A stretch of DNA of 34,716 nucleotides. It comes from Deltaproteobacteria bacterium. GTDB lineage: Bacteria; Desulfobacterota; Deferrimicrobia; Deferrimicrobiales; Deferrimicrobiaceae. The notes beneath the pieces are model-generated. The model did not search any database. It was given only the letters and a program-made list of their open reading frames with translations, and had not been told where the DNA came from. The stretch spans positions 1 through 34,716 of the forward strand of contig JANXPS010000213.1 in assembly GCA_025357175.1 (NCBI GenBank). Direction: 5' to 3'. Both the position numbers and the translations under genes were made by a program. Shown one piece after another: positions 1 to 8,618 of the stretch (its first letter is position 1; each line of letters starts with the position of its first letter).

Positions 1-1911
1 GGCTTCGTCGTCGACGACGCGATCGTCGTCATCGAGAACATCAGCCGCCACATCGAGGAGGGGATGAAACCGTTCGCCGCCGCCGTCCAGGGCGCGGCCG
101 AAATCGGTTTCACCATCATCTCGCTGACCGTGTCGCTGATCGCCGTGCTGATCCCGCTCCTGTTCATGGGCGACGTGGTGGGGCGCCTGTTCCGGGAGTT
201 CGCCGTCACGCTGGGCGTCACGATCCTCATCTCCGCGGTCGTCTCGCTGACACTGACGCCGATGATGTGCGCGAAGCTGCTCAAGCACCGCCCCGTGGTC
301 GAGCGCCCGCCGGGCCTCTACGAGAAGGTCGTCGCCGGCTACGGGACGACGCTTCGTTTCGTGCTGAAGCACCAGACGACGACGCTGGTCGTCGCGTTCG
401 GCACGCTGGTCCTGACGCTTTTCCTGTACGTCGTGGTGCCGAAAGGCTTCTTCCCGGTCCAGGACACCGGCGCCATCCTGGGCGTCTCGGAAGCGCCGCA
501 GTCGATCTCGTTCCAGGCGATGGCCGAACGACAGAAGCGGCTGGCCGGGGTGATCCTCAAGGATCCCGCGGTCGAAAGCCTCTCCTCCTTCATCGGGGTG
601 GACGGCACCAACGCCTCCCTCAACAGCGGGCGCATCCTGATCAACCTCAAGCCGCTGGAAAGCCGCGACACGAACGCGGTCGGGGTGATCCGGCGTCTGC
701 AGCCCGAGCTTGCGAAACTCGAGGGGATCACGCTCTATCTCCAGCCGGTGCAGGACCTGTCGGTAGAAGACCGCGTGAGCCGGACGCAGTACCAGTACAC
801 GCTGGAAGACCCGGATGCGGACGAGCTGTCGGCCTACGCGCCGAAGCTGGTCGATAAACTCCGCACGCTCCCGCACCTTCGCGACGTCAGTTCCGACGCG
901 CAGGACAAGGGGCTGCGGGCGCTGGTGGTCATCGACCGCGGAACCGCGTCGCGGCTCGGCATCACGCCGCAGATGATCGACGACGCGCTCTACGACGCCT
1001 TCGGCCAGCGGCAGGTGTCGACCATGTTCACGCAGCTAAACCAGTACCGGGTCGTCCTCGCGGTCAGGCCCGAGTTCCAGAAAGGGCTTGCCGGCCTCGA
1101 GTCGATCCGGATACGAAGCGCGGACGGCGGGCAGGTGCCGCTGTCGGCCATCGCCCGCATCGAGGAGACGACCGGTCCCCTCGTCGTCAGCCGGCAGGGT
1201 CAATTCCCCGTGGTCACGCTCTCGTTCAACCTGGCGCCGGGCGTCTCGCTGGGCGAGGCGTCCAAGGCGATGACCGCGGCGACCGCCGAGCTGGGCATTC
1301 CTCCCAGCATCCGGGGGTCGTTCCAGGGAACCGCGGCAGCGTTTCATGACTCGCTCGCCAACGAGCCGCTCCTCATCCTGGCCGCGCTGGTGACCGTCTA
1401 CATCGTGCTCGGCGTGCTGTACGAAAGCTACATCCACCCGATGACGATCCTGTCCACCCTTCCCTCGGCCGGGGTCGGGGCGATCCTCGCGCTGCTGCTG
1501 TTCAAATCCGAGTTCAGCGTGATCGCGCTGATCGGGATCATCCTGCTGATCGGCATCGTGAAGAAGAACGCGATCATGATGATCGACTTCGCGCTGGTCG
1601 CCGAGCGCAAGGAGGGAAAGGGACCGGAGGAGGCGATCTACCAGGCGTGCCTGCTGCGCTTCCGGCCGATCATGATGACGACGATGGCGGCGCTCCTGGG
1701 GGCGCTGCCGCTGGCGATGGGGACGGGCGTGGGCTCCGAGCTTCGGCGCCCGCTCGGCATCTCGATCGTGGGCGGCCTGGTCCTGAGCCAGTTCCTGACG
1801 CTGTACACGACGCCGGTCATCTACCTCGCGTTCGACCGCCTGGCGCGGCGGGTTACGGGGCGGAGCGCCGCCGGGGAATCCGAGCCGGAGGCGCTTCCGG
1901 AGGCGCCATGA
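1..1911 (+). CDS. mdtB: RND multidrug efflux permease, MdtB-like (5' end cut by window edge)
   Basis: Frame 1 is open from base 1 ([13 protein letters not shown], the HAE1-type TM4 DD motif). Typical RND segments are present ([36 protein letters not shown]). The stop TGA at 1909-1911 overlaps the next ATG (ATGA). The symbol is assigned by analogy to the tandem-permease MdtABC layout. Confidence 0.85.
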   Translation, partial: GFVVDDAIVVIENISRHIEEGMKPFAAAVQGAAEIGFTIISLTVSLIAVLIPLLFMGDVVGRLFREFAVTLGVTILISAVVSLTLTPMMCAKLLKHRPVVERPPGLYEKVVAGYGTTLRFVLKHQTTTLVVAFGTLVLTLFLYVVVPKGFFPVQDTGAILGVSEAPQSISFQAMAERQKRLAGVILKDPAVESLSSFIGVDGTNASLNSGRILINLKPLESRDTNAVGVIRRLQPELAKLEGITLYLQPVQDLSVEDRVSRTQYQYTLEDPDADELSAYAPKLVDKLRTLPHLRDVSSDAQDKGLRALVVIDRGTASRLGITPQMIDDALYDAFGQRQVSTMFTQLNQYRVVLAVRPEFQKGLAGLESIRIRSADGGQVPLSAIARIEETTGPLVVSRQGQFPVVTLSFNLAPGVSLGEASKAMTAATAELGIPPSIRGSFQGTAAAFHDSLANEPLLILAALVTVYIVLGVLYESYIHPMTILSTLPSAGVGAILALLLFKSEFSVIALIGIILLIGIVKKNAIMMIDFALVAERKEGKGPEEAIYQACLLRFRPIMMTTMAALLGALPLAMGTGVGSELRRPLGISIVGGLVLSQFLTLYTTPVIYLAFDRLARRVTGRSAAGESEPEALPEAP

Positions 1912-4900
1912 ACCTTTCTTCCGTCTTCATCAAAAGGCCCGTCGGCACCGCGCTGCTGACGGTCGGCCTGGCGCTGTCGGGCGCGATCGCCTTCAAGCTG
2001 CTGCCGGTCTCGGCGCTGCCTCCGGTGGATTTTCCGACGATCTCGGTGTCGGCAAACCTGCCGGGGGCGGATCCCGAGACGATGGCGACGTCGGTGGCCG
2101 CACCGCTGGAACGCCAGTTCGCCCGGATCGCGGGCGTGACGGAGATGACCTCGACCAGCTACCGGGGATCGACGAGCATCACCATGCAGTTCGATCTCGA
2201 CCGGAACATCAACGGCGCCGCCCGCGACGTCCAGGCGGCGATCAACGCGGCCCGCGGATACCTGCCGGCCAACCTCCCGAGCAATCCCAACTACCGGAAA
2301 GTCAATCCGGCCGACGCGCCGATCCTGATCCTGTCTCTCACCTCGCCCACGGTTTCCACGTCGAAGATGTACGATGCCGCTTCCACCATCCTCGCCCAGA
2401 AGCTCTCCCAGATAGACGGGATCGGGCAGGTGATCGTCGGCGGCTCCTCCCTGCCGGCCGTTCGCGTGGACCTCAACCCGCCGGCGCTCGACCATTACGG
2501 CATCGGGTCGAGCGTCGTAAGGACCATGCTGGCGGCTACCAACGCGAACCGGCCCAAAGGGCGCATCGCGGAAGGCGACCGCAGCTGGGAGGTCGTGGCG
2601 AACGACCAGATACGCACCGCGAAGGATTATCTGCCGCTGATCGTCACGTACCGGAACGGGGCGGCCGTCCACCTCTCCGACGTGGCCAAGGTTGAAGACT
2701 CGGTGGAGGATCTGCGTTCCGCGGGTCTTGCGAACGGGAAGCCGGCCGTCCTGGTGATCCTGTTCCGCGCGCCGGGGGCCAACATCATCGAGACCGTCGA
2801 CCGGGTCCGCGAGGAACTGCCGCAACTCGAGGCGTCGCTTCCGGGAACGGTGAAACTGGCGGTGGTCGTGGACCGGACGCCGACGATCCGCGGCTCGCTG
2901 CGGGACGTCGAACGGTCGCTCCTCATTTCGTTCGGGCTCGTCATCCTGGTGGTGTTCCTGTTCCTCCGCAACCTGCGGGCGACGGTGATTCCCGCCGTGG
3001 CGGTGGCCGTCTCGCTCATCGGCACGTTCGGGCTGATGTACCTTTGCCACTACAACCTCGACAACCTGTCGCTCATGGCGCTCACGATCGCCACCGGGTT
3101 CGTCGTCGACGACGCCATCGTGGTGCTCGAGAACGTCACCCGACACCTCGAAATGGGGATGCCTCCGCGCCAGGCGGCCATGGAGGGGGCGAAGCAGGTC
3201 TCCTTCACCGTCCTCTCGATGAGTCTCTCGCTCGTCGCGGTGTTCACGCCGATCCTGTTGATGGGCGGGATGGTCGGACGGCTCTTCCGCGAGTTCGCCG
3301 TGACGCTCTCCATGGCGATCGTCGTATCGCTCGCCGTGTCGCTCTCCACGACCCCGATGATGTGCGCCACGATCCTTAAAGGCGCCGGAAAGGAGGGGCA
3401 CGGGCGTTTCTACCGGGTGAGCGAACGGATGTTCGACCGGATGCGGAACGGTTACGACGGAAGCCTTACGTGGGCGCTCCGGCATCCCCGATTCATCATG
3501 CTGATCCTGGCGGCGACGGTCGCGACCAACGTCTACCTGTTCAAGATGATGCCGATGGGCTTTTTCCCCCAGCAGGACACCGGCCGGCTGACGGGCACGA
3601 TACTCGGGGCGCAGGACGTCTCCTTTCAGGCGATGAAGGAAAAGCTGGGGACCGTGGTCGGGATCATCGGCAAGGACAACGCCGTGGATAGCGTGGTCGG
3701 CTTCACCGGCGGAGGCAACGCCGCGAATACGGCGCGGATGTTCGTCTCCCTCAAGGACTTCGAGAAACGCGGGGCCACCGCGGACGAGGTGATCGCCCGC
3801 CTGCGGAAGAAGCTCTCCCGCATTCCGGGTGCCCAGCCGCTGCTTCAGGCGGTCCAGGACCTTCGCATCGGTGGAAGGTTGGGCGGCGCGCAGTACCAGT
3901 ACACGCTCCAGGACGACGATCTCGACGAACTCTCCGCCTGGGCGCCCCGGGTCGAGGCGGCGCTCCGGAAGCTCCCCGAGGTGGCCGACGTAAGCAGCGA
4001 CCTCCAGGTCAAGGGGCTCGAGGCCACGCTGTCCATCGACCGGGAAACGGCTTCCCGGCTGGGCATCAACCCGCAGCAGGTCGACGCGGCGCTCTACGAC
4101 GCCTTCGGACAGCGGCAGGTCTCGATCAACTACACGCTGCTCAACCAGTACCACGTGGTGATGGAGGCCGAGCCGCGCTTCTGGCAGCGGGCCGACACGC
4201 TGCGCGATTTCCGGATGCAGGGCGGCGCGGGCGGCGCGGTTCCTTTCTCGGCGTTCACGCGATTCAAGCGGACCGCCACGTCGCTTTCGGTGAATCACCA
4301 GGGGCAGTTTCCGTCGGTGACGATCTCGTTCAACCTGGCGCTGGGAACCGCGCTCGGCGATGCCGTCACGGCGATCGAGGCGGAGACCCGGAAGATGGGG
4401 ATGCCGTCGGGCGTCCACGGAAACTTCTCTGGCACCGCGCAGGCGTTCCAGGCGTCACTGGCGAACGAGCCCTACCTGATCCTTTCGGCGCTGCTCGCGG
4501 TCTACATAGTGCTCGGGGTGCTCTACGAGAGTTTCGTCCATCCCGTGACGATCCTGTCGACGCTCCCGTCGGCCGGCGTCGGAGCGATGCTCGCGCTGCT
4601 GATCACCCGGACGGAATTCACCGTCATCGCGCTGATCGGCATCATCCTGCTGATCGGGATCGTGAAGAAGAACGCGATCATGATGATCGACTTCGCCCTG
4701 GAAACGGAGCGCAAGGACGGAAAAGGGCCTCGCGAGGCGATCCACGAGGCGTGCCTGCTTCGTTTCCGGCCGATCATGATGACGACGATGGCGGCGCTGT
4801 TCGGCGCGGTGCCGCTGGCGCTGGGGACGGGAGTCGGCTCCGAACTCCGCCGGCCGCTGGGCATCTCCATCGTGGGAGGGCTGTTGATCAGCCAGTTGCT

Positions 4901-5027
4901 GACGCTGTACACGACGCCGGTCATCTATCTCTATCTCGACCGCTTCCGGATATGGGCGTCGGGTGCACGGCAGGCGTTCGGGGCCCGGGTACGGCGCAGG
5001 ATGTCGCCACAGGTGGAGGCACGATGA
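1908..5027 (+). CDS. mdtC: RND multidrug efflux permease, MdtC-like
   Basis: Start chosen at ATG 1908 ([17 protein letters not shown], a canonical RND N-terminus) instead of the track's upstream 1647. About 1039 aa, a full 12-TM RND architecture paralogous to the upstream gene, with stop/start overlap indicating translational coupling. Confidence 0.88.
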   Translation: MNLSSVFIKRPVGTALLTVGLALSGAIAFKLLPVSALPPVDFPTISVSANLPGADPETMATSVAAPLERQFARIAGVTEMTSTSYRGSTSITMQFDLDRNINGAARDVQAAINAARGYLPANLPSNPNYRKVNPADAPILILSLTSPTVSTSKMYDAASTILAQKLSQIDGIGQVIVGGSSLPAVRVDLNPPALDHYGIGSSVVRTMLAATNANRPKGRIAEGDRSWEVVANDQIRTAKDYLPLIVTYRNGAAVHLSDVAKVEDSVEDLRSAGLANGKPAVLVILFRAPGANIIETVDRVREELPQLEASLPGTVKLAVVVDRTPTIRGSLRDVERSLLISFGLVILVVFLFLRNLRATVIPAVAVAVSLIGTFGLMYLCHYNLDNLSLMALTIATGFVVDDAIVVLENVTRHLEMGMPPRQAAMEGAKQVSFTVLSMSLSLVAVFTPILLMGGMVGRLFREFAVTLSMAIVVSLAVSLSTTPMMCATILKGAGKEGHGRFYRVSERMFDRMRNGYDGSLTWALRHPRFIMLILAATVATNVYLFKMMPMGFFPQQDTGRLTGTILGAQDVSFQAMKEKLGTVVGIIGKDNAVDSVVGFTGGGNAANTARMFVSLKDFEKRGATADEVIARLRKKLSRIPGAQPLLQAVQDLRIGGRLGGAQYQYTLQDDDLDELSAWAPRVEAALRKLPEVADVSSDLQVKGLEATLSIDRETASRLGINPQQVDAALYDAFGQRQVSINYTLLNQYHVVMEAEPRFWQRADTLRDFRMQGGAGGAVPFSAFTRFKRTATSLSVNHQGQFPSVTISFNLALGTALGDAVTAIEAETRKMGMPSGVHGNFSGTAQAFQASLANEPYLILSALLAVYIVLGVLYESFVHPVTILSTLPSAGVGAMLALLITRTEFTVIALIGIILLIGIVKKNAIMMIDFALETERKDGKGPREAIHEACLLRFRPIMMTTMAALFGAVPLALGTGVGSELRRPLGISIVGGLLISQLLTLYTTPVIYLYLDRFRIWASGARQAFGARVRRRMSPQVEAR

Positions 5028-5079
5028 TCCGCCGGGTTGTCCGGGACGGCCGCGGATGCGAAAAATGGGAGGTTGTTCG

Positions 5080-6540
5080 ATGGCGATGAATGGATTCACA
5101 GGCCGGGACGGGGGGATATTCCGCCGCCTGATGTTACTGCCGACGGCGGTCGCGGTGGCGCTGATCACGGGTTGTGCGCCGGTGGGACCCAATTACGTGA
5201 AGCCGTCCGCCCCGACGCCGTCCGCCTTCATGGCGGCCGACGCCTGGAAGCAATCGGAGAGATGGAAGGTTGCCTCCCCCGCCGACAACATCCTTCGCGG
5301 GGCCTGGTGGGAGATCTTCGGCATCCCCGAACTTTCCAGGCTCGAGGAGCAGGTCGCCGCCGCGAACCAGAGCGTGGCCGCCGCCGAGGCGAACTACCGG
5401 CAGGCGCGGGCGCTGGTGCAGGCGTCCCGTGCGGGTCTTTATCCCGCGGTGTCGGGAGGCGCTTCCGCGACCCGTTCCCGCCGGTCGAGCGAGATGGGCG
5501 GAAAAGGGGCGAGCAACGATTTCCTGCTGCCGGCCGACTTTTCGTGGGAGGCGGATGTGTGGGGACGCGTGCGCCGCACCGTCGAGGCGAGCCGTGCGGG
5601 CGAGCAGGCGAGTGCCGCCGATCTCGCGGCCACGACGCTGAGCGCCCAGGCGGAACTTGCCGCCGCCTACCTGCAGCTGCGCGTTCTCGATTCCCAGAAG
5701 GCGCTTCTCGACGAGACGATCGCCGCATACCGCAAGTCGCTCGATTTGACGAACAACCGGTACGCGGGCGGTGTGGCCTCGAAGGCGGACGTCCTCCAGG
5801 CGGAGGCGCTGCTCAAGGCCACCCAGGCCCAGGCGATCGACATCGGCGTGGCGCGGTCGCAGAACGAGCACGCGATCGCGCTGCTCATCGGCAAGCCCCC
5901 GTCCGCCTTTTCGCTCCCCGTCGCCTCGCTGACTGCGGCTCCGCCGCTCATCCCGGCGGGGGTTCCCTCGCAGCTTCTCGAGCGTCGGCCCGACATCGCT
6001 GCGGCCGAACGGAACGCGGCTGCGGCGAACGCCCGGATCGGCATGGCCGAGGCGGCGTTCTATCCGAAAGTCACGCTGAGCGCGTCGGCCGGCCTGGAAG
6101 CCGCGAGTCTGGCGAACTGGCTGACCTGGCCCGCCCGCTTCTGGTCGGTCGGGCCGGCGATATCCGGGCTGTTCTACGACGGCGGCCTCCGGAAGGCACA
6201 GACCGAGGGGGCCCGTGCCGCATACGACGCCGAAGTCGCCGCTTATCGGCAGACCGTGCTGACCGGCTTCCAGCAGGTCGAGGACGGCCTCGCGACGCTG
6301 CGCATCCTGGAGGGCGAGGCGCAGATCCAGGCCGAAGCGGTCAGGGCGGCGGAAGACACGGTCGCCGTGGTCACCAACCAGTACAAGGCGGGCACCGTCA
6401 GCTATCTAAACGTCATCGTCGTCCAGACCATCGCGCTGTCCGACAAACGCAACGCCCTCGACATCCTCGCGCGCCGGATGACGGCGAGCGTGCAGCTCGT
6501 CAAGGCGCTGGGCGGCGGCTGGAAAACCGCCGCTCCGTAA
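5080..6540 (+). CDS. RND efflux outer-membrane factor lipoprotein, NodT/OprM family
   Basis: Start chosen at ATG 5080, with GGGAGG 8 nt upstream. Signal peptide with lipobox LITG|C. Long OMF-type coiled-coil-rich sequence (EANYRQARALV, RPDIAAAERNAAAANARIG, VQLVKALGGGW). Lies directly downstream of the two permeases. Confidence 0.88.
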   Translation: MAMNGFTGRDGGIFRRLMLLPTAVAVALITGCAPVGPNYVKPSAPTPSAFMAADAWKQSERWKVASPADNILRGAWWEIFGIPELSRLEEQVAAANQSVAAAEANYRQARALVQASRAGLYPAVSGGASATRSRRSSEMGGKGASNDFLLPADFSWEADVWGRVRRTVEASRAGEQASAADLAATTLSAQAELAAAYLQLRVLDSQKALLDETIAAYRKSLDLTNNRYAGGVASKADVLQAEALLKATQAQAIDIGVARSQNEHAIALLIGKPPSAFSLPVASLTAAPPLIPAGVPSQLLERRPDIAAAERNAAAANARIGMAEAAFYPKVTLSASAGLEAASLANWLTWPARFWSVGPAISGLFYDGGLRKAQTEGARAAYDAEVAAYRQTVLTGFQQVEDGLATLRILEGEAQIQAEAVRAAEDTVAVVTNQYKAGTVSYLNVIVVQTIALSDKRNALDILARRMTASVQLVKALGGGWKTAAP

Positions 6541-6595
6541 CCTTTCCACCCTCCTTGCCGCCATACGAGGCAACAGCAAAAAAGGGGGAGCAACC

Positions 6596-7132
6596 ATGGA
6601 AACGTTTAAAAAGACAGTCATGGTATTGGCCGTCCTTGCCGCAATCGCCGGGGGGGCAGTCGGAGCGGGAGCTGCTTTTGCCGACTACGGCCATGGGCGC
6701 GGCGAGTGCGAGAAGCGCCATGAGTCGCGCAACAACCGGTATGCCCAGTGGCGGCACAACAGGACGAGGGAGTGGCGCCACATAGCCAAGGCGCTCGGCC
6801 TGACGCACGAGCAGCGCACGCAGATCAAGGACATCTTCGAGAAGAACCGTGAAGAGGCGGCGCCGGTCCGGAAACAGCTGTTCGCCGAACGCGCGACGCT
6901 CCGGAAGCTGGTGCAGGCCGATACGCCGGACGAGGCCGCCATTCGCGCGCAGGTCCAGAAACTCGCTTCAGCCCAAGGCGACCTCGCCGTGGGGCGGGCC
7001 AGGGTTTTCGCCCGGGTGAAGGCGGTCCTGACTCCGGAACAGCAGAAGAAGTTCAAAGAGATGCGGGAGAAGCGGGATCTGAAGCGGGAACGGATGGCGG
7101 AGAAAGGCACGCCTCTACCCGGGGATAAATGA
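6596..7132 (+). CDS. secreted Spy/CpxP/ZraP-family (LTXXQ) periplasmic protein
   Basis: GGGGGAG RBS. Signal peptide ending AFA|D. Two LTXXQ motifs (LTHEQ, LTPEQ) in a helical, charged protein. His/Cys-rich mature N-terminus. Confidence 0.7.
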   Translation: METFKKTVMVLAVLAAIAGGAVGAGAAFADYGHGRGECEKRHESRNNRYAQWRHNRTREWRHIAKALGLTHEQRTQIKDIFEKNREEAAPVRKQLFAERATLRKLVQADTPDEAAIRAQVQKLASAQGDLAVGRARVFARVKAVLTPEQQKKFKEMREKRDLKRERMAEKGTPLPGDK

Positions 7133-7145
7133 CGAAAGGTGGGCG

Positions 7146-7712
7146 ATGAAGGAAGTCATGCCGGCGCCGCAGACCGAGAAGGAGTTCGTTCGGGCGGCGC
7201 TCAACGGAGATGACGAGGCGTTTGCCGAACTGGTGCGAAGCCACAAGGCGGCGGTTCTGCGGACCGCCGCCCGCTTCGCGCGCAACGACGCGGAACTTGA
7301 CGACCTCGGCCAGGAGACGTTCATGAGGGTCTACCAGTCTCTCGGGAGCTATCGGGGCGAGGCCCCTTTCGGCCACTGGATTTCCCGCATCACGATCCGC
7401 GCCTGCTACGACTTTCTCCGCGAGCGTCGCCGGCACGAGAAGGACGTCTCCCTCGATGCGCTGGAGTATTCGGTCGCGGACCCGGCCTCGGGGGCGGCTT
7501 TTTCCTCCGGGCAGGCCCGGCTGATCCTCGAGCGGGGGATGTCGAAGCTCAAACCGTCGGAACGGCTGATCATCACCCTGTTCGAACTGGAGGACCGGTC
7601 GGTCCGGGAAGTCGCCGCGCTGACCGGATGGAGCGAGACGCTCGTCAAGGTTCGGGCTTTTCGGGCGCGCAAGGCGTTGAAACGGAGCATCGGAGGAGAA
7701 GATGATAAATAG
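7146..7712 (+). CDS. ECF-type RNA polymerase sigma factor (sigma-70 family, regions 2 and 4)
   Basis: Region 2 (DDLGQETFMRVYQSLGSYRGEAPFGHWISRITIRACYDFLRERRR) and region 4 HTH (LFELEDRSVREVAALTGWSETLVKVRAFRARKAL). 188 aa. Confidence 0.88.
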   Translation: MKEVMPAPQTEKEFVRAALNGDDEAFAELVRSHKAAVLRTAARFARNDAELDDLGQETFMRVYQSLGSYRGEAPFGHWISRITIRACYDFLRERRRHEKDVSLDALEYSVADPASGAAFSSGQARLILERGMSKLKPSERLIITLFELEDRSVREVAALTGWSETLVKVRAFRARKALKRSIGGEDDK

Positions 7713-8019
7713 GCAGAAAGACGAACGGGACGACCGGCTGGAGCGGCTCTTCGCCGCGGCGCGGGAAACGCCGCCCGACGTTTCCGCCGTGGAACGCAAC
7801 TTCGAGACGCGGCTCGCGGCCCGGATCCGGGAATCGCGCGAACGGAAGGAGCCCTGGTACGGATGGGCCTGGCGGCTGGCGCCCGTATTCGTCGTGCTGA
7901 CACTTCTGCTCGGCGCTTGGACGCTTGTCCTCGACCCGGTTCACCCGGCCGATCCGGGGACGGCGCTCGTATCGGTGGCCGAACAGGTCGCGCTTGTCGA
8001 CGACCTGACGGGAGGGTGA
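7702..8019 (+). CDS. putative single-pass membrane anti-sigma factor (non-ZAS)
   Basis: ATG overlaps the sigma gene by 11 nt and has a GGAGGAG RBS. 105 aa: charged cytoplasmic N-terminus, one TM (LAPVFVVLTLLLGAWTLVL) and a periplasmic tail of about 30 aa. No HxxxCxxC motif. Function is inferred from position only. Confidence 0.5.
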   Translation: MINRQKDERDDRLERLFAAARETPPDVSAVERNFETRLAARIRESRERKEPWYGWAWRLAPVFVVLTLLLGAWTLVLDPVHPADPGTALVSVAEQVALVDDLTGG

Positions 8020-8023
8020 AGCC

Positions 8024-8407
8024 ATGAAACGCTGGAAAGCGATTCTCGGGGTCCTGCTGGTGTTCCTCCTGGGAGCGGCGGCCGGCGCCATCGTAATGCA
8101 CAGGGTCGACCGGGTCCGCACCGAGGCGATGTGGTCGGGAAAAGGGTCGGCGACCGTCGACATGATCGTGTCGAGGTTCACCCGCTCCCTCGACCTGGAT
8201 GCCGCGCAGCAGCAGCGCGTGCGGGCGATCGTGACCGAAACGCACCGGGAAGTCGTCGAGCTCCGGAAACCGGCCCAGCGGGAGGTCGAGGCGGCCATCG
8301 AGCGATCGCGCGCACGCGTCCGGGAAATCCTGCACCCCGACCAGCAGGCGAAGTTCGACCGGCTTCAGGCCGAGCGCCGCGAACGGCACGAACGGCATCG
8401 GGATTGA
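8024..8407 (+). CDS. membrane-anchored periplasmic LTXXQ-like protein (heavy-metal-sensor/CnrX-like family candidate)
   Basis: ATG lies 4 nt after the previous stop, with a GGAGGG RBS. N-terminal TM anchor (ILGVLLVFLLGAAAGAIV) followed by a helical charged domain with degenerate LTXXQ-like motifs (LDAAQ, LHPDQ). Confidence 0.55.
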   Translation: MKRWKAILGVLLVFLLGAAAGAIVMHRVDRVRTEAMWSGKGSATVDMIVSRFTRSLDLDAAQQQRVRAIVTETHREVVELRKPAQREVEAAIERSRARVREILHPDQQAKFDRLQAERRERHERHRD

Positions 8408-8424
8408 TTTTCCCTCCCCCGACA

Positions 8425-8446
8425 CGCCGGAAGAACGCCGGAAGAA
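8425..8446. repeat. perfect tandem duplication of an 11-bp unit CGCCGGAAGAA
   Basis: The unit occurs at 8425-8435 and again at 8436-8446, read directly from the sequence in the spacer after the sensor gene. Confidence 0.9.
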
Positions 8447-8521
8447 CCGTCGCATCGCTGCGAATTTCGACCCGGTCACGAGCATCAAACCGTAACGAGT
8501 CCTGATTCCGGGAACAGGCAA

Positions 8522-8559
8522 CCGCGGGGGGCTCAAGCTCCCGGCGGGTTGTTTTATTT
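8522..8559 (+). terminator. candidate intrinsic terminator of the ECF module
   Basis: GC-rich stem CCGCGGGGGG / CTCCCGGCGG (10 pairs with one G.G mismatch and one G.U) around the 6-nt loop CTCAAG, followed by GTTGTTTTATTT. Confidence 0.5.
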
Positions 8560-8591
8560 CAGGCTACAAAATAGTGTATATCTTCCCCGTT

Positions 8592-8600
8592 TGATATAAT
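8592..8600 (+). promoter_or_regulatory. candidate extended -10 element (TGATATAAT) upstream of hybrid kinase 1
   Basis: TGnTATAAT match 19-27 nt upstream of the GTG/ATG at 8619/8622. No convincing -35 and almost no leader, so this is weak. Confidence 0.25.
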
Positions 8601-8618
8601 GCCGGGCATGGGCGCCCG

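Noticed and set aside
1821-4418. Very long alternative-frame and antisense ORFs in the six-frame track. Examples: 1821-4418(-), 8808-10541(-), 10562-11878(+), 12154-12855(+), 16710-21509(-), 19091-21790(+), 22170-23942(-), 29783-31222(+), 32556-33905(+).
   Set aside because: Each overlaps a gene with clear family hallmarks on the other frame or strand. Their translations are Arg/Pro/Gly/Asp-rich low-complexity sequence, typical of stop-poor off-frames in high-GC DNA. None has a recognisable motif or a convincing RBS.
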